A stretch of DNA of 64,000 nucleotides from Eledone cirrhosa (Eukaryota), in assembly GCA_964016885.1 (NCBI GenBank), contig OZ024740.1, forward strand, positions 440,138,001 through 440,202,000, in the 5' to 3' direction. Every line of letters begins with the position of its first letter. Position 1 is the first letter of the stretch. Position numbers and translations under genes: made by a program. Under the pieces are notes generated by a model. It was given only the letters and a program-made list of their open reading frames with translations. It had not been told where the DNA came from and did no database searches. Below are positions 37,101 through 53,570 of the stretch, in pieces.

Positions 37101-37640
37101 ATAATAACACCACATGTGACATCTATATAATAACAGCACATGTCTGGCATCTATATAATAACACCACAAGTCTGACATCTATATAATAACACCACATGTC
37201 TGACATCTATATAATAACACCACATGTGTGACATCTATATAATAACACCACATTTCTGACATCTATATAATAACACATGTCTGACATCTATATAATAACA
37301 CCACATGTCTGACATCTATATAATAACACCACAAGTCTGACATCTATATAATAACACCACAAGTCTGACATCTATACAATAATACCACATGTCTAACATC
37401 TATATAATAACACCACATGTCTGACATCTATATAATAACACCGCATGTGACATCTATATAATAACACCACATGTCTGACAACTATAAATTAACACCACAT
37501 GTCTGACATCTATATAATAACACCAGATGTCTGACATCTATATAATAACACCAGATGTCTGTCATCTATACAATAACACCACAAGCCTGCATCTATATAA
37601 TAACACCATATGACTGACATCTATATAATAACAACACAAG
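22678..37640. repeat. Large duplicate of about 1-15470 at a 22.2-22.8 kb offset; boundaries approximate
   Basis: Colinear marker offsets: 22677 (149, 737, 1926, 2486), 22768 (5206; GTCGGAC 6224/28992), 22767 (7235), 22711 (8183, 8771, 10378, 11021), 22403 (11637, 12225) and 22153 (13361, 14165). Confidence 0.85.
24200..29990. repeat. 2811-bp tandem duplication; boundaries approximate
   Basis: 24603/27414, 25163/27974 and the rare GTCGGAC variant at 26181/28992 are all offset by 2811. Confidence 0.82.
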
Positions 37641-40600
37641 TCTGACATCTATATAATAACACAACATGTCTGACATCTATATAATAACACCAGATGTCTG
37701 ACATCTATACAATAACACCACAAGTCTGCATCTATATAATAACACCATATGACTGACATCTATATAATAACACCACATGTGACATCTATATAATAACACC
37801 ACATGTCTGACATCTATATAATAACACCACAAGTCTGACATCTATATAATAACACCACATGTCTGACATCTATATAATAACACCACATGTGTGACATATA
37901 TATAATAACACCACATGTCTGACATCTATATAATAACACCACATGTGTGACATCTATATAATGACACCACATGTCTGACATCAATCTAATAACACCACAA
38001 GTCTGACATCTATATAATAACACCACATTTCAGACATCTATATAATAACACCAGATGTCTGACATCTATATAATAACACCACATATCTGCCATCTATATA
38101 ATAACACAACATGTCTGACATCTATATTTTAACACCAGATGTCTGACATCTATACAATAACACCACAAGTCTGCATCTATATAATAACACCATATGACTG
38201 ACATCTATATAATAACAACACAAGTCTGACATCTACATAATAACACCACATGTCTGACATCTATATAATAACATCACAAATCTGACATCTATATAATAAC
38301 ACCACATGTCTGACATCTATACAATAACACCACAAGTCTGACATCTATATGATAAAACCACAAGTCTGACATCTATATAATAACACCAGATGTCTGACAT
38401 CTATATAATAACACAACATGTCTGACATCTATATAATAACACCACATGTCTGACAGCTATGTAATAACACCACAAGTCTGACATGTATATAATAACACCG
38501 CATGTCTGATATCTATACAATAACACCACACGTCTGACATATATATAATAACACCACATGTCTGACATCTATATAATAACACCACATGTGTGACATCTAT
38601 ATAATGACACCACATGTCTGACATCAATCTAATAACACCAGAAGTCTGACATCTATATAATAACACCACATGTCTGACATCTATATAATAACATCACAAA
38701 TCTGACATCTATATAATAACACCACATGTCTGACATCTATACAATAACACCACAAGTCTGACATCTATATGATAACACCACAAGTCTGACATCTATATAA
38801 TAACTCCAGATGTCTGATATCTATACAATAACACCACAAGTCTGACATATATATAATAACACCACATGTCTGACATCTATATAATAACACCACATGTGTG
38901 ACATCTATATAATGACACCATATGACTGACATCTATATAATAACAACACAAGTCTGACATCTATATAATAACACCACATGTCTGACATGTATATAATAAC
39001 ATGACAAATCTGACATCTATATAATAACACCACATGTCTGACATCTATACAGTAACACCACAAGTCTGACATCTATATGATAACACCACAAGTCTGACAT
39101 CTATATAATAACCCCAGATGTCTGATATCTATACAATAACACCACAAGTCTGACATATATATAATAACACCACATGTCTGACATCTATATAATAACACCA
39201 CATGTGTGACATCTATATAATGACACCACATGTCTGACATCAATCTAATAACACCACAAGCCTGACATCTATATAATAACACCACATGTCTGACATCTAT
39301 ATAATAACACCAGATGTCTGACATCTATATAATAACACCACATATCTGCCATCTATATAATAACACAACATGTCTGGCATCTATATAATAACACCACAAG
39401 TCTGACATCTATATAATAACACCACAAGTCTGGGATCTATATAATAACACCACAAGTCTGATATCTATACAATAATACCACATGTCTAACATCTATATAA
39501 TAACACCACAAGTCTGATATCTATACAATAATACCACATGTCTAACATCTATATAATAACACCATATGTCTGACATCTATACAATAAAACCACATGTCTG
39601 ACATCTATATAATAACACCACATATCTGCCATCTATATAATAACACAACATGTCTGACATCTATATAATAACACCAGATATCTGACATCTATACAATAAC
39701 ACCACAAGTCTGCATCTATATAATAACACCAGATGTCTGACATCTATATAATAACACCACATGTGACATCTATACAATAACACCACAAGTCTGCTTCTAT
39801 ATAATAACACCATATGTCTGACATCTATATAATAACACCACATGTCTGACATCTATATAATAACACCACAAGTCTGACATCTATATAATAACACCACATG
39901 TCTGACATCTATATAATAACACCACATGTCTGACATCTATATAATAACACCAAAATCTGACATCTATACAATAACACCACATTCCTGACATCTATATAAT
40001 AACACATGTCTGACATCTATATAATAACACCACATGTCTGACATCTATATAATAACACCACAAGTCTGACATCTATATAATAACACCACAAGTCTGACAT
40101 CTATACAATAATACCACATGTCTAACATCTATATAATAACACCATATGTCTGACATCTATACAATAATACCACATGTCTGACATCTATATAATAACACCA
40201 CGTGTCTGACATCTATATAATAACACCGCATGTGACATCTATATAATAACACCACATGTCTGACAACTATAAATTAACACCACATGTCTGACATCTATAT
40301 AATAACACCACAAATCTGACATCTATATAATAACACGACAAGTCTGACATCTATATAATAACAGCACAAGTCTGACATCTATATAATAACACCACGTGTT
40401 TGATATCTATATAATAACACCACAATTCTGACATCTATATAATAACACCACATGTCTGACATCTATATAATAACACCACATGTATGACATCTATATAATA
40501 ACACAACATGTTTGACATCTATATAATAATACCAGATGTCTGACATCTATATACTAACACAACATGTCTGACATCTATATAATAACACCACATGTCTGAC

Positions 40601-42680
40601 ATCTATATAATAACACCACAAGTCTGACATGTATATAATAACACCGCATGTCTGACATCTATATAATAACACCACATGTGTGACATTTATATAATAACAC
40701 CACATGTCTGACATATATATTGTAACACCACATGTCTTACATCTATATAATAACACCACAAGACTGACATCTACATAATAACACCACAAGTCTGACATCT
40801 ATACAATAATACCAGATGTCTGACATATATATAACACCAGATGTCTGACATCTATATAATAACACCACATGTGACATCTATATAATAACACCACATGTCT
40901 GACATCTATATAATAACACCACATGTCTACCATCTATATAATAACACCACATGTCTGACATCTATATAATAACACCACAAGTCTGACATCTATATAATAA
41001 CACCAGATGTCTGACATCTATATAATAATACCACAAGTCTGACATCTATATAATAACACCAGATGTCTGACATCTATATAATAACACCACCTTTCTGCCA
41101 TCTATATAATAACGCCACATGTCTGACATCTATAATATAACACCAGATGTCTGACATCTATATAATAACACCACATATCTGCCATCTATATAATAACACA
41201 ACATGTCTGACATCTATATAATAACACCAGATGTCTGACATCTATACAATAACACCACAAGTCTGCATCTATATAATAACACCATATGACTGACATCTAT
41301 ATAATAACACCACATGTGACATCTATATAATAACACCACATGTCTGACATCTATATAATAACACCACAAGTCTGACATCTACATAATAACACCACATGTC
41401 TGACATCTATATAATAACACCACATGTGTGACATATATATAATAACACCACATGTCTGACATCTATATAATAACACCACATGGGTGACATCTATATAATG
41501 ACACCACATGTCTGACATCAATCTAATAACACCACAAGTCTGACATCTATATAATAACACCACATTTCAGACATCTATATAATAACACCAGATGTCTGAC
41601 ATCTATATAATAACACCACATATCTGCCATCTATATAATAACACAACATGTCTGACATCTATATATTAACACCAGATGTCTGACATCTATATAATAACAC
41701 CATATGTCTGGCATCTATATAATAACACCAAAAGTCTGACATCTATACAATAACACCACATTTCTGACATCTATATAATAACACATGTCTGACATCTATA
41801 TAATAACACCACATGTCTGACATCTATATAATAACACCACAAGTCTGACATCTATATAATAACACCACAAGTCTGACATCTATACACTAATACCACATGT
41901 CTAACATCTATATAATAACACCATATGTCTGACATCTATACAATAATACCACATGTCTGACATCTATATAATAACACCAGATGCCTGATATCTATATAAT
42001 AACACCACATGTGGCATCTATATAATAACACCACAAGTCTGACATCTATATAATAACACCACAAATCTGACATCTATACATTAATACCACATGTCTGACA
42101 TCTATATAATAACACCAGATGTCTGACATCTATATAATAACACCACATGTGACATCTATATAATAACAGCACATGTCTGGCATCTATATAATAACACCAC
42201 AAGTCTGACATCTATATAATAACACCACATGTCTGACATCTATATAATAACACCACATGTGTGACATCTATATAATAACACCACATTTCTGACATCTATA
42301 TAATAACACATGTCTGATATCTATATAATAACACCACATGTCTGACATCTATATAATAACACCACAAGTCTGACATCTATATAATAACACCACAAGTCTG
42401 ACATCTATACAATAATACCACATGTCTAACATCTATATAATAACACCACATGTCTGACATCTATATAATAACACCGCATGTGACATCTATATAATAACAC
42501 CACATGTCTGACAACTATAAATTAACACCACATGTCTGACATCTATATAATAACACCAGATGTCTGACATCTATATAATAACACCAGATGTCTGTCATCT
42601 ATACAATAACACCACAAGCCTGCATCTATATAATAACACCATATGACTGACATCTATATAATAACAACACAAGTCTGACA
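32920..42680. repeat. About 5-kb tandem duplication (offset 4725, then 5033); boundaries approximate
   Basis: 33089/37814 and 33732/38457 are offset by 4725. 34040/39073, 34628/39661, 35514/40547 and 36318/41351 are offset by 5033. Both copies carry the private GTCTGCTTCTAT variant (34762/39795). Confidence 0.85.
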
Positions 42681-45600
42681 TCTATATAATAACACCACAT
42701 TTCTGACATCTATATAATAACATCACAAATCTGACATCTATATAATAACACCACATGTCTGACATCTATACAATAACACCACAAGTCTGACATCTATATG
42801 ATAACACCACAAGTCAGACATCTATATAATAACTCCAGATGTCTGATATCTATACAATAACACCACAAGTCTGACATATATATAATAACACCACATGTCT
42901 GACATCTATATAATAACACCACATGTGTGACATCTATATAATGGCACCACATGTCTGACATCAATCTAATAACACCACAAGCCTGACATCTATATAATAA
43001 CACCACATGTCTGACATCTATATAATAACACCAGATGTCTGACATCTATATAATAACACCACATATCTGCCATCTATATAATAACACAACATGTCTGGCA
43101 TCTATATAATAACACCACAAGTCTGACATCTACATAATAACACCACAAGTCTGACATCTATATAATAACACCACAAGTCTGATATCTATACAATAATACC
43201 ACATGTCTAACATCTATATAATAACACCACAAGTCTGATATCTATACAATAATACCACATGTCTAACATCTATATAATAACACCATATGTCTGACATCTA
43301 TACAATAAAACCACATGTCTGACATCTATATAATAACACCACATATCTGCCATCTATATAATAACACAACATGTCTGACATCTATATAATAACACCAGAT
43401 ATCTGACATCTATACAATAACACCACAAGTCTGCATCTATATAATAACACCAGATGTCTGAGATCTATATAATAACACCACATGTGACATCTATACAATA
43501 ACACCACAAGTCTGCATCTATATAATAACACCATATGTCTGACATCTATATAATAACACCACATGTCTGACATCTATATAATAACACCACAAATCTGACA
43601 TCTATATAATAACACCACATGTCTGACATCTATATAATAACACCACATGTCTGACATCTATATAATAACACCAAAAGTCTGACATCTATACAATAACACC
43701 ACATTCCTGACATCTATATAATAACACATGTCTGACATCTATATAATAACACCACATGTCTGACATCTATATAATAACACCACAAGTCTGACATCTATAT
43801 AATAACACCACGTGTCTGACATCTATATAATAACACCACAAATCTGACATCTATACATTAATACCACATGTCTGACATCTATATAATAACACCAGATGTC
43901 TGACATCTATATAATAACACCACATGTGACATCTATATAATAACACCACATGTCTAACATCTATATAATAACACCACAAGTCTGACATCTATATAATAAC
44001 ACCACATGTCTGACATCTATATAATAACACCACATGTGTGACATCTATATAATAACACCACATTTCTGACATCTATATAATAACACATGTCTGACATCTA
44101 TATAATAACACCACATGTCTGACATCTATATAATAACACCACAAGTCTGACATCTATATAATAACACCACAAGTCTGACATCTATACAATAATACCACAT
44201 GTCTAACATCTATATAATAACACCACATGTCTGACATCTATATAATAACACCGCATGTGACATCTATATAATAACACCACATGTCTGACAACTATAAATT
44301 AACACCACATGTCTGACATCTATATAATAACACCAGATGTCTGACATCTATATAATAACACCAGATGTCTGTCATCTATACAATAACACCACAAGCCTGC
44401 ATCTATATAATAACACCATATGACTGACATCTATATAATAACAACACAAGTCTGAGATCTATATAATAACACCACATTTCTGACATCTATATAATAACAT
44501 CACAAATCTGACATCTATATAATAACACCACATGTCTGGCATCTATACAATAACACCACAAGTCTGACATCTATATGATAACACCACAAGTCAGACATCT
44601 ATATAATAACTCCAGATGTCTGATATCTATACAATAACACCACAAGTCTGACATATATATAATAACACCACATGTCTGACATCTATATAATAACACCACA
44701 TGTGTGACATCTATATAATGACACCATATGTCTGACATCAATCTAATAACACCACAAGCCTGACATCTATATAATAACACCACATGTCTGACATCTATAT
44801 AATAACACCAGATGTCTGACATCTATATAATAACACCACATATCTGCCATCTATATAATATCACAACATGTCTGGCATCTATATAATAACACCACAAGTC
44901 TGACATCTATATAATAACACCACAAGTCTGATATCTATACAATAATACCACATGTCTAACATCTATATAATAACACCACAAGTCTGATATCTATACAATA
45001 ATACCACATGTCTAACATCTATATAATAACACCATATGTCTGACATCTATACAATAAAACCACATGTCTGACATCTATATAATAACACCACATATCTGCC
45101 ATCTATATAATAACACAACATGTCTGACATCTATATATTAACACCAGATGTCTGACATCTATACAATAACACCACAAGTCTGCATCTATATAATAACACC
45201 ATATGACTGACATCTATATAATAACAACACAAGTCTGACATCTACATAATAACACCACATGTCTGACATCTATATAATAACATCACAAATCTGACATCTA
45301 TATAATAACACCACATGTCTGACATCTATACAATAACACCACAAGTCTGACATCTATATGATAAAACCACAAGTCTGACATCTATATAATAACACCAGAT
45401 GTCTGACATCTATATAATAACACAACATGTCTGACATCTATATAATAACACCACATGTCTGACAGCTATATAATAACACCACAAGTCTGACATGTATATA
45501 ATAACACCGCATGTCTGATATCTATACAATAACACCACACGTCTGACATATATATAATAACACCACATGTCTGACATCTATATAATAACACCACATGTGT

Positions 45601-48600
45601 GACATCTATATAATGACACCACATGTCTGACATCAATCTAATAACACCACAAGTCTGACATCTATATAATAACACCACATGTCTGACATCTATATAATAA
45701 CATCACAAATCTGACATCTATATAATAACACCACATGTCTGACATCTATACAATAACACCACAAGTCTGACATCTATATGATAACACCACAAGTCTGACA
45801 TCTATATAATAACTCCAGATGTCTGATATCTATACAATAACACCACAAGTCTGACATATATATAATAACACCACATGTCTGACATCTATATAATAACACC
45901 ACATGTGTGACATCTATATAATGACACCATATGACTGACATCTATATAATAACAACACAAGTCTGACATCTATATAATAACACCACATGTCTGACATGTA
46001 TATAATAACATCACAAGTCTGATATCTATACAATAATACCACATGTCTAACATCTATATAATAACACCACAAGTCTGATATCTATACAATAATACCACAT
46101 GTCTAACATCTATATAATAACACCATATGTCTGACATCTATACAATAAAACCACATGTCTGACATCTATATAATAACACCACATATCTGCCATCTATATA
46201 ATAACACAACATGTCTGACATCTATATAATAACACCAGATATCTGACATCTATACAATAACACCACAAGTCTGCATCTATATAATAACACCAGATGTCTG
46301 AGATCTATATAATAACACCACATGTGACATCTATACAATAACACCACAAGTCTGCATCTATATAATAACACCATATGTCTGACATCTATATAATAACACC
46401 ACATGTCTGACATCTATATAATAACACCACAAATCTGACATCTATATAATAACACCACATGTCTGACATCTATATAATAACACCACATGTCTGACATCTA
46501 TATAATAACACCAAAAGTCTGACATCTATACAATAACACCACATTCCTGACATCTATATAATAACACATGCCTGACATCTATATAATAACACCACATGTC
46601 TGACATCTATATAATAACACCACAAGTCTGACATCTATATAATAACACCACGTGTCTGACATCTATATAATAACACCGCATGTGACATCTATATAATAAC
46701 ACCACATGTCTGACAACTATAAATTAACACCACATGTCTGAAATCTATATAATAACACCACAAATCTGACATCTATATAATAACAGCACAAGTCTGACAT
46801 CTATATAATAACACCACGTGTTTGATATCTATATAATAACACCACAATTCTGACATCTATATAATAACACCACATGTCTGACATCTATATAATAACACCA
46901 CATGTATGACATCTATATAATAACACAACATGTTTGACATCTATATAATAACACCAGATGTCTGACATCTATATAATAACACAACATGTCTGACATCTAT
47001 ATAATAACACCACATGTCTGACATCTATATAATAACACCACAAGTCTGACATGTATATAATAACACCGCATGTCTGACATCTATATAATAACACCACAAG
47101 TCTGACATCTCAATAATAACACCACATGTGTGACATTTATATAATAACACCACATGTCTGACATGTATATAATAACACCACATGTCTTACATCTATATAA
47201 TAACACCACAAGCCTGACATCTACATAATAACACCACAAGTCTGACATCTATACAATAATACCAAATGTCTGACATATATATAACACCAGATGTCTGACA
47301 TCTATATAATAACACCACATGTGACATCTATATAATAACACCACATGTCTGACATCTATATAATAACACCACATGTCTACCATCTATATAATAACACCAC
47401 ATGTCTGACATCTATATAATAACACCACAAGTCTGACATCTATATATTAACACCAGATGTCTGACATCTATATAATAATACCACAAGTCTGACATCTATA
47501 TAATAACACCAGATGTCTGACATCTATATAATAACACCACCTTTCTGCCATCTATATAATAACACCACATGTCTGACATCTATATAATAACACCAGATGT
47601 CTGACATCTATATAATAACACCACATATCTGCCATCTATATAATAACACAACATGTCTGACATCTATATAATAACACCACATGTGTGACATCTATATAAT
47701 GACACCACATGTCTGACATCAATCTAATAACACCACAAGTCTGACATCTATATAATAACACCACATTTCAGACATCTATATAATAACACCAGATGTCTGA
47801 CATCTATATAATAACACCACATATCTGCCATCTATATAATAACACAACATGTCTGACATCTATATATTAACACCAGATGTCTGACATCTATACAATAACA
47901 CCACAAGTCTGCATCTATATAATAACACCATATGACTGACATCTATATAATAACATCACAAATCTGACATCTATATAATAACACCACATGTCTGACATCT
48001 ATACAATAACACCACAAGTCTGACATCTATATGATAAAACCACAAGTCTGACATCTATATAATAACACCAGATGTCTGACATCTATATAATAACACAACA
48101 TGTCTGACATCTATATAATAACACCACATGTCTGACAGCTATATAATAACACCACAAGTCTGACATGTATATAATAACACCGCATGTCTGAAATCTATAC
48201 AATAACACCACACGTCTGACATATATATAATAACACCACATGTCTGACATCTATATAATAACACCACATGTGTGACATCTATATAATGACACCACATGTC
48301 TGACATCAATCTAATAACACCACAAGTCTGACATCTATATAATAACACCACATGTCTGACATCTATATAATAACATCACAAATCTGACATCTATATAATA
48401 ACACCACATGTCTGACATCTATACAATAACACCACAAGTCTAACATCTATATGATAACACCACAAGTCTGACATCTATATAATAACTCCAGATGTCTGAT
48501 ATCTATACAATAACACCACAAGTCTGACATATATATAATAACACCACATGTCTGACATCTATATAATAACACCACATGTGTGACATCTATATAATGACAC

Positions 48601-50899
48601 CACATGTCTGACATCAATCTAATAACACCACAAGCCTGACATCTATATAATAACACCACATGTCTGACATCTATATAATAACACCAGATGTCTGACATCT
48701 ATATAATAACACCACATATCTGCCATCTATATAATAACACAACATGTCTGGCATCTATATAATAACACCACAAGTCTGACATCTATATAATAACACCACA
48801 AGTCTGAGATCTATATAATAACACCACAAGTCTGATATCTATACAATAATACCACATGTCTAACATCTATATAATAACACCACAAGTCTGATATCTATAC
48901 AATAATACCACATGTCTAACATCTATATAATAACACCATATGTCTGACATCTATACAATAAAACCACATGTCTGACATCTATATAATAACACCACATATC
49001 TGCCATCTATATAATAACACAACATGTCTGACATCTATATAATAACACCAGATATCTGACATCTATACAATAACACCACAAGTCTGCATCTATATAATAA
49101 CACCAGATGTCTGACATCTATATAATAACACCACATGTGACATCTATACAATAACACCACAAGTCTGCATCTATATAATAACACCATATGTCTGACATCT
49201 ATATAATAACACCACATGTCTGACATCTATATAATAACACCACAAGTCTGACATCTATATAATAACACCACATGTCTGACATCTATATAATAACACCACA
49301 TGTCTGACATCTATATAATAACACCAAAAGTCTGACATCTATACAATAACACCACATTCCTGACATCTATATAATAACACATGTCTGACATCTATATAAT
49401 AACACCACATGTCTGACATCTATATAATAACACCACAAGTCTGACATCTATATAATAACACCACAAGTCTGACATCTATACAATAATACCACATGTCTAA
49501 CATCTATATAATAACACCATATGTCTGACATCTATACAATAATACCACATGTCTGACATCTATATAATAACACCACGTGTCTGACATCTATATAATAACA
49601 CCGCATGTGACATCTATATAATAACACCACATGTCTGACAACTATAAATTAACACCACATGTCTGACATCTATATAATAACACCACAAATCTGACATCTA
49701 TATAATAACACGACAAGTCTGACATCTATATAATAACAGCACAAGTCTGACATCTATATAATAACACCACGTGTTTGATATCTATATAATAACACCACAA
49801 TTCTGACATCTATATAATAACACCACATGACTGACATCTATATAATAACACCACATGTATGACATCTATATAATAACACAACATGTTTGACATCTATATA
49901 ATAATACCAGATGTCTGACATCTATATAATAACACAACATGTCTGACATCTATATAATAACACCACATGTCTGACATCTATATAATAACACCACAAGTCT
50001 GACATGTATATAATAACACCGCATGACTGACATCTATATAATAACACCACATGTGTGACATTTATATAATAACACCACATGTCTGACATATATATAGTAA
50101 CACCACATGTCTTACATCTATATAATAACACCACAAGCCTGACATCTACATAATAACACCACAAGTCTGACATCTATACAATAATACCAGATGTCTGACA
50201 TATATATAACACCAGATGTCTGACATCTATATAATAACACCACATGTGACATCTATATAATAACACCACATGTCTGACATCTATATAATAACACCACATG
50301 TCTACCATCTATATAATAACACCACATGTCTGACATCTATATAATAACACCACAAGTCTGACATCTATATAATAACACCAGATGTCTGACATCTATATAA
50401 TAATACCACAAGTCTGACATCTATATAATAACACCAGATGTCTGACATCTATATAATAACACCACCTTTCTGCCATCTATATAATAACACCACATGTCTG
50501 ACATCTATAATATAACACCAGATGTCTGACATCTATATAATAACACCACATATCTGCCATCTATATAACACAACATGTCTGACATCTATATAATAACACC
50601 AGATGTCTGACATCTATACAATAACACCACAAGTCTGCATCTATATAATAACACCATATGACTGACATCTATATAATAACACCACATGTGACATCTATAT
50701 AATAACACCACATGTCTGACATCTATATAATAACACCACAAGTCTGACATCTACATAATAACACCACATGTCTGACATCTATATAATAACACCACATGTG
50801 TGACATATATATAATAACACCACATGTCTGACATCTATATAATAACACCACATGGGTGACATCTATATAATGACACCACATGTCTGACATCAATCTAAT

Positions 50900-53570
50900 A
50901 ACACCACAAGTCTGACATCTATATAATAACACCACATTTCAGACATCTATATAATAACACCAGATGTCTGACATCTATATAATAACACCACATATCTGCC
51001 ATCTATATAATAACACAACATGTATGACATCTATATATTAACACCAGATGTCTGACATCTATATAATAACACCATATGTCTGGCATCTATATAATAACAC
51101 CAAAAGTCTGACATCTATACAATAACACCACATTTCTGACATCTATATAATAACACATGTCTGACATCTATATAATAACACCACATGTCTGACATCTATA
51201 TAATAACACCACAAGTCTGACATCTATATAATAACACCACAAGTCTGACATCTATACATTAATACCACATGTCTGACATCTATATAATAACACCATATGT
51301 CTGACATCTATACAATAATACCACATGTCTGACATCTATATAATAACACCAGATGCCTGATATCTATATAATAACACCACATGTGGCATCTATATAATAA
51401 CACCACAAGTCTGACATCTATATAATAACACCACAAATCTGACATCTATACATTAATACCACATGTCTGACATCTATATAATAACACCAGATGTCTGACA
51501 TCTATATAATAACACCACATGTGACATCTATATAATAACACCACATGTCTGACATCTATATAATAACACCACAAGTCTGACATCTATATAATAACACCAC
51601 ATGTCTGACATCTATATAATAACACCACATGTGTGACATCTATATAATAACACCACATTTCTGACATCTATATAATAACACATGTCTGACATCTATATAA
51701 TAACACCACATGTCTGACATCTATATAATAACACCACAAGTCTGACATCTATATAATAACACCACAAGTCTGACATCTATACAATAATACCACATGTCTA
51801 ACATCTATATAATAACACCACATGTCTGACATCTATATAATAACACCGCATGTGACATCTATATAATAACACCACATGTCTGACAACTATAAATTAACAC
51901 CACATGTCTGACATCTATATAATAACACCAGATGTCTGACATCTATATAATAACACCAGATGTCTGTCATCTATACAATAACACCACAAGCCTGCATCTA
52001 TATAATAACACCATATGACTGACATCTATATAATAACAACACAAGTCTGACATCTATATAATAACACCACATTTCTGACATCTATATAATAACATCACAA
52101 ATCTGACATCTATATAATAACACCACATGTCTGACATCTATACAATAACACCACAAGTCTGACATCTATATGATAACACCACAAGTCTGACATCTATATA
52201 ATAACTCCAGATGTCTGATATCTATACAATAACACCACAAGTCTGACATCTATATAATAACACCACATTTCAGACATCTATATAATAACACCAGATGTCT
52301 GACATCTATATAATAACACCACATATCTGCCATCTATATAATAACACAACATGTATGACATCTATATATTAACACCAGATGTCTGACATCTATATAATAA
52401 CACCATATGTCTGGCATCTATATAATAACACCAAAAGTCTGACATCTATACAATAACACCACATTTCTGACATCTATATAATAACACATGTCTGACATCT
52501 ATATAATAACACCACATGTCTGACATCTATATAATAACACCACAAGTCTGACATCTATATAATAACACCACAAGTCTGACATCTATACACTAATACCACA
52601 TGTCTAACATCTATATAATAACACCATATGTCTGACATCTATACAATAATACCACATGTCTGACATCTATATAATAACACCAGATGCCTGATATCTATAT
52701 AATAACACCACATGTGGCATCTATATAATAACACCACAAGTCTGACATCTATATAATAACACCACAAATCTGACATCTATACATTAATACCACATGTCTG
52801 ACATCTATATAATAACACCAGATGTCTGACATCTATATAATAACACCACATGTGACATCTATATAATAACACCACATGTCTGACATCTATATAATAACAC
52901 CACAAGTCTGACATCTATATAATAACACCACATGTCTGACATCTATATAATAACACCACATGTGTGACATCTATATAATAACACCACATTTCTGACATCT
53001 ATATAATAACACATGTCTGACATCTATATAATAACACCACATGTCTGACATCTATATAATAACACCACAAGTCTGACATCTATATAATAACACCACAAGT
53101 CTGACATCTATACAATAATACCACATGTCTAACATCTATATAATAACACCACATGTCTGACATCTATATAATAACACCGCATGTGACATCTATATAATAA
53201 CACCACATGTCTGACAACTATAAATTAACACCACATGTCTGACATCTATATAATAACACCAGATGTCTGACATCTATATAATAACACCAGATGTCTGTCA
53301 TCTATACAATAACACCACAAGCCTGCATCTATATAATAACACCATATGACTGACATCTATATAATAACAACACAAGTCTGACATCTATATAATAACACCA
53401 CATTTCTGACATCTATATAATAACATCACAAATCTGACATCTATATAATAACACCACATGTCTGACATCTATACAATAACACCACAAGTCTGACATCTAT
53501 ATGATAACACCACAAGTCTGACATCTATATAATAACTCCAGATGTCTGATATCTATACAATAACACCACA
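50900..53570. repeat. 1331-bp tandem duplication; boundaries approximate
   Basis: ACCACATTTCAGAC lies at 50931/52262. Both copies share CAACATGTATGAC (near 51020/52350) and the same downstream order of variants. Confidence 0.75.
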
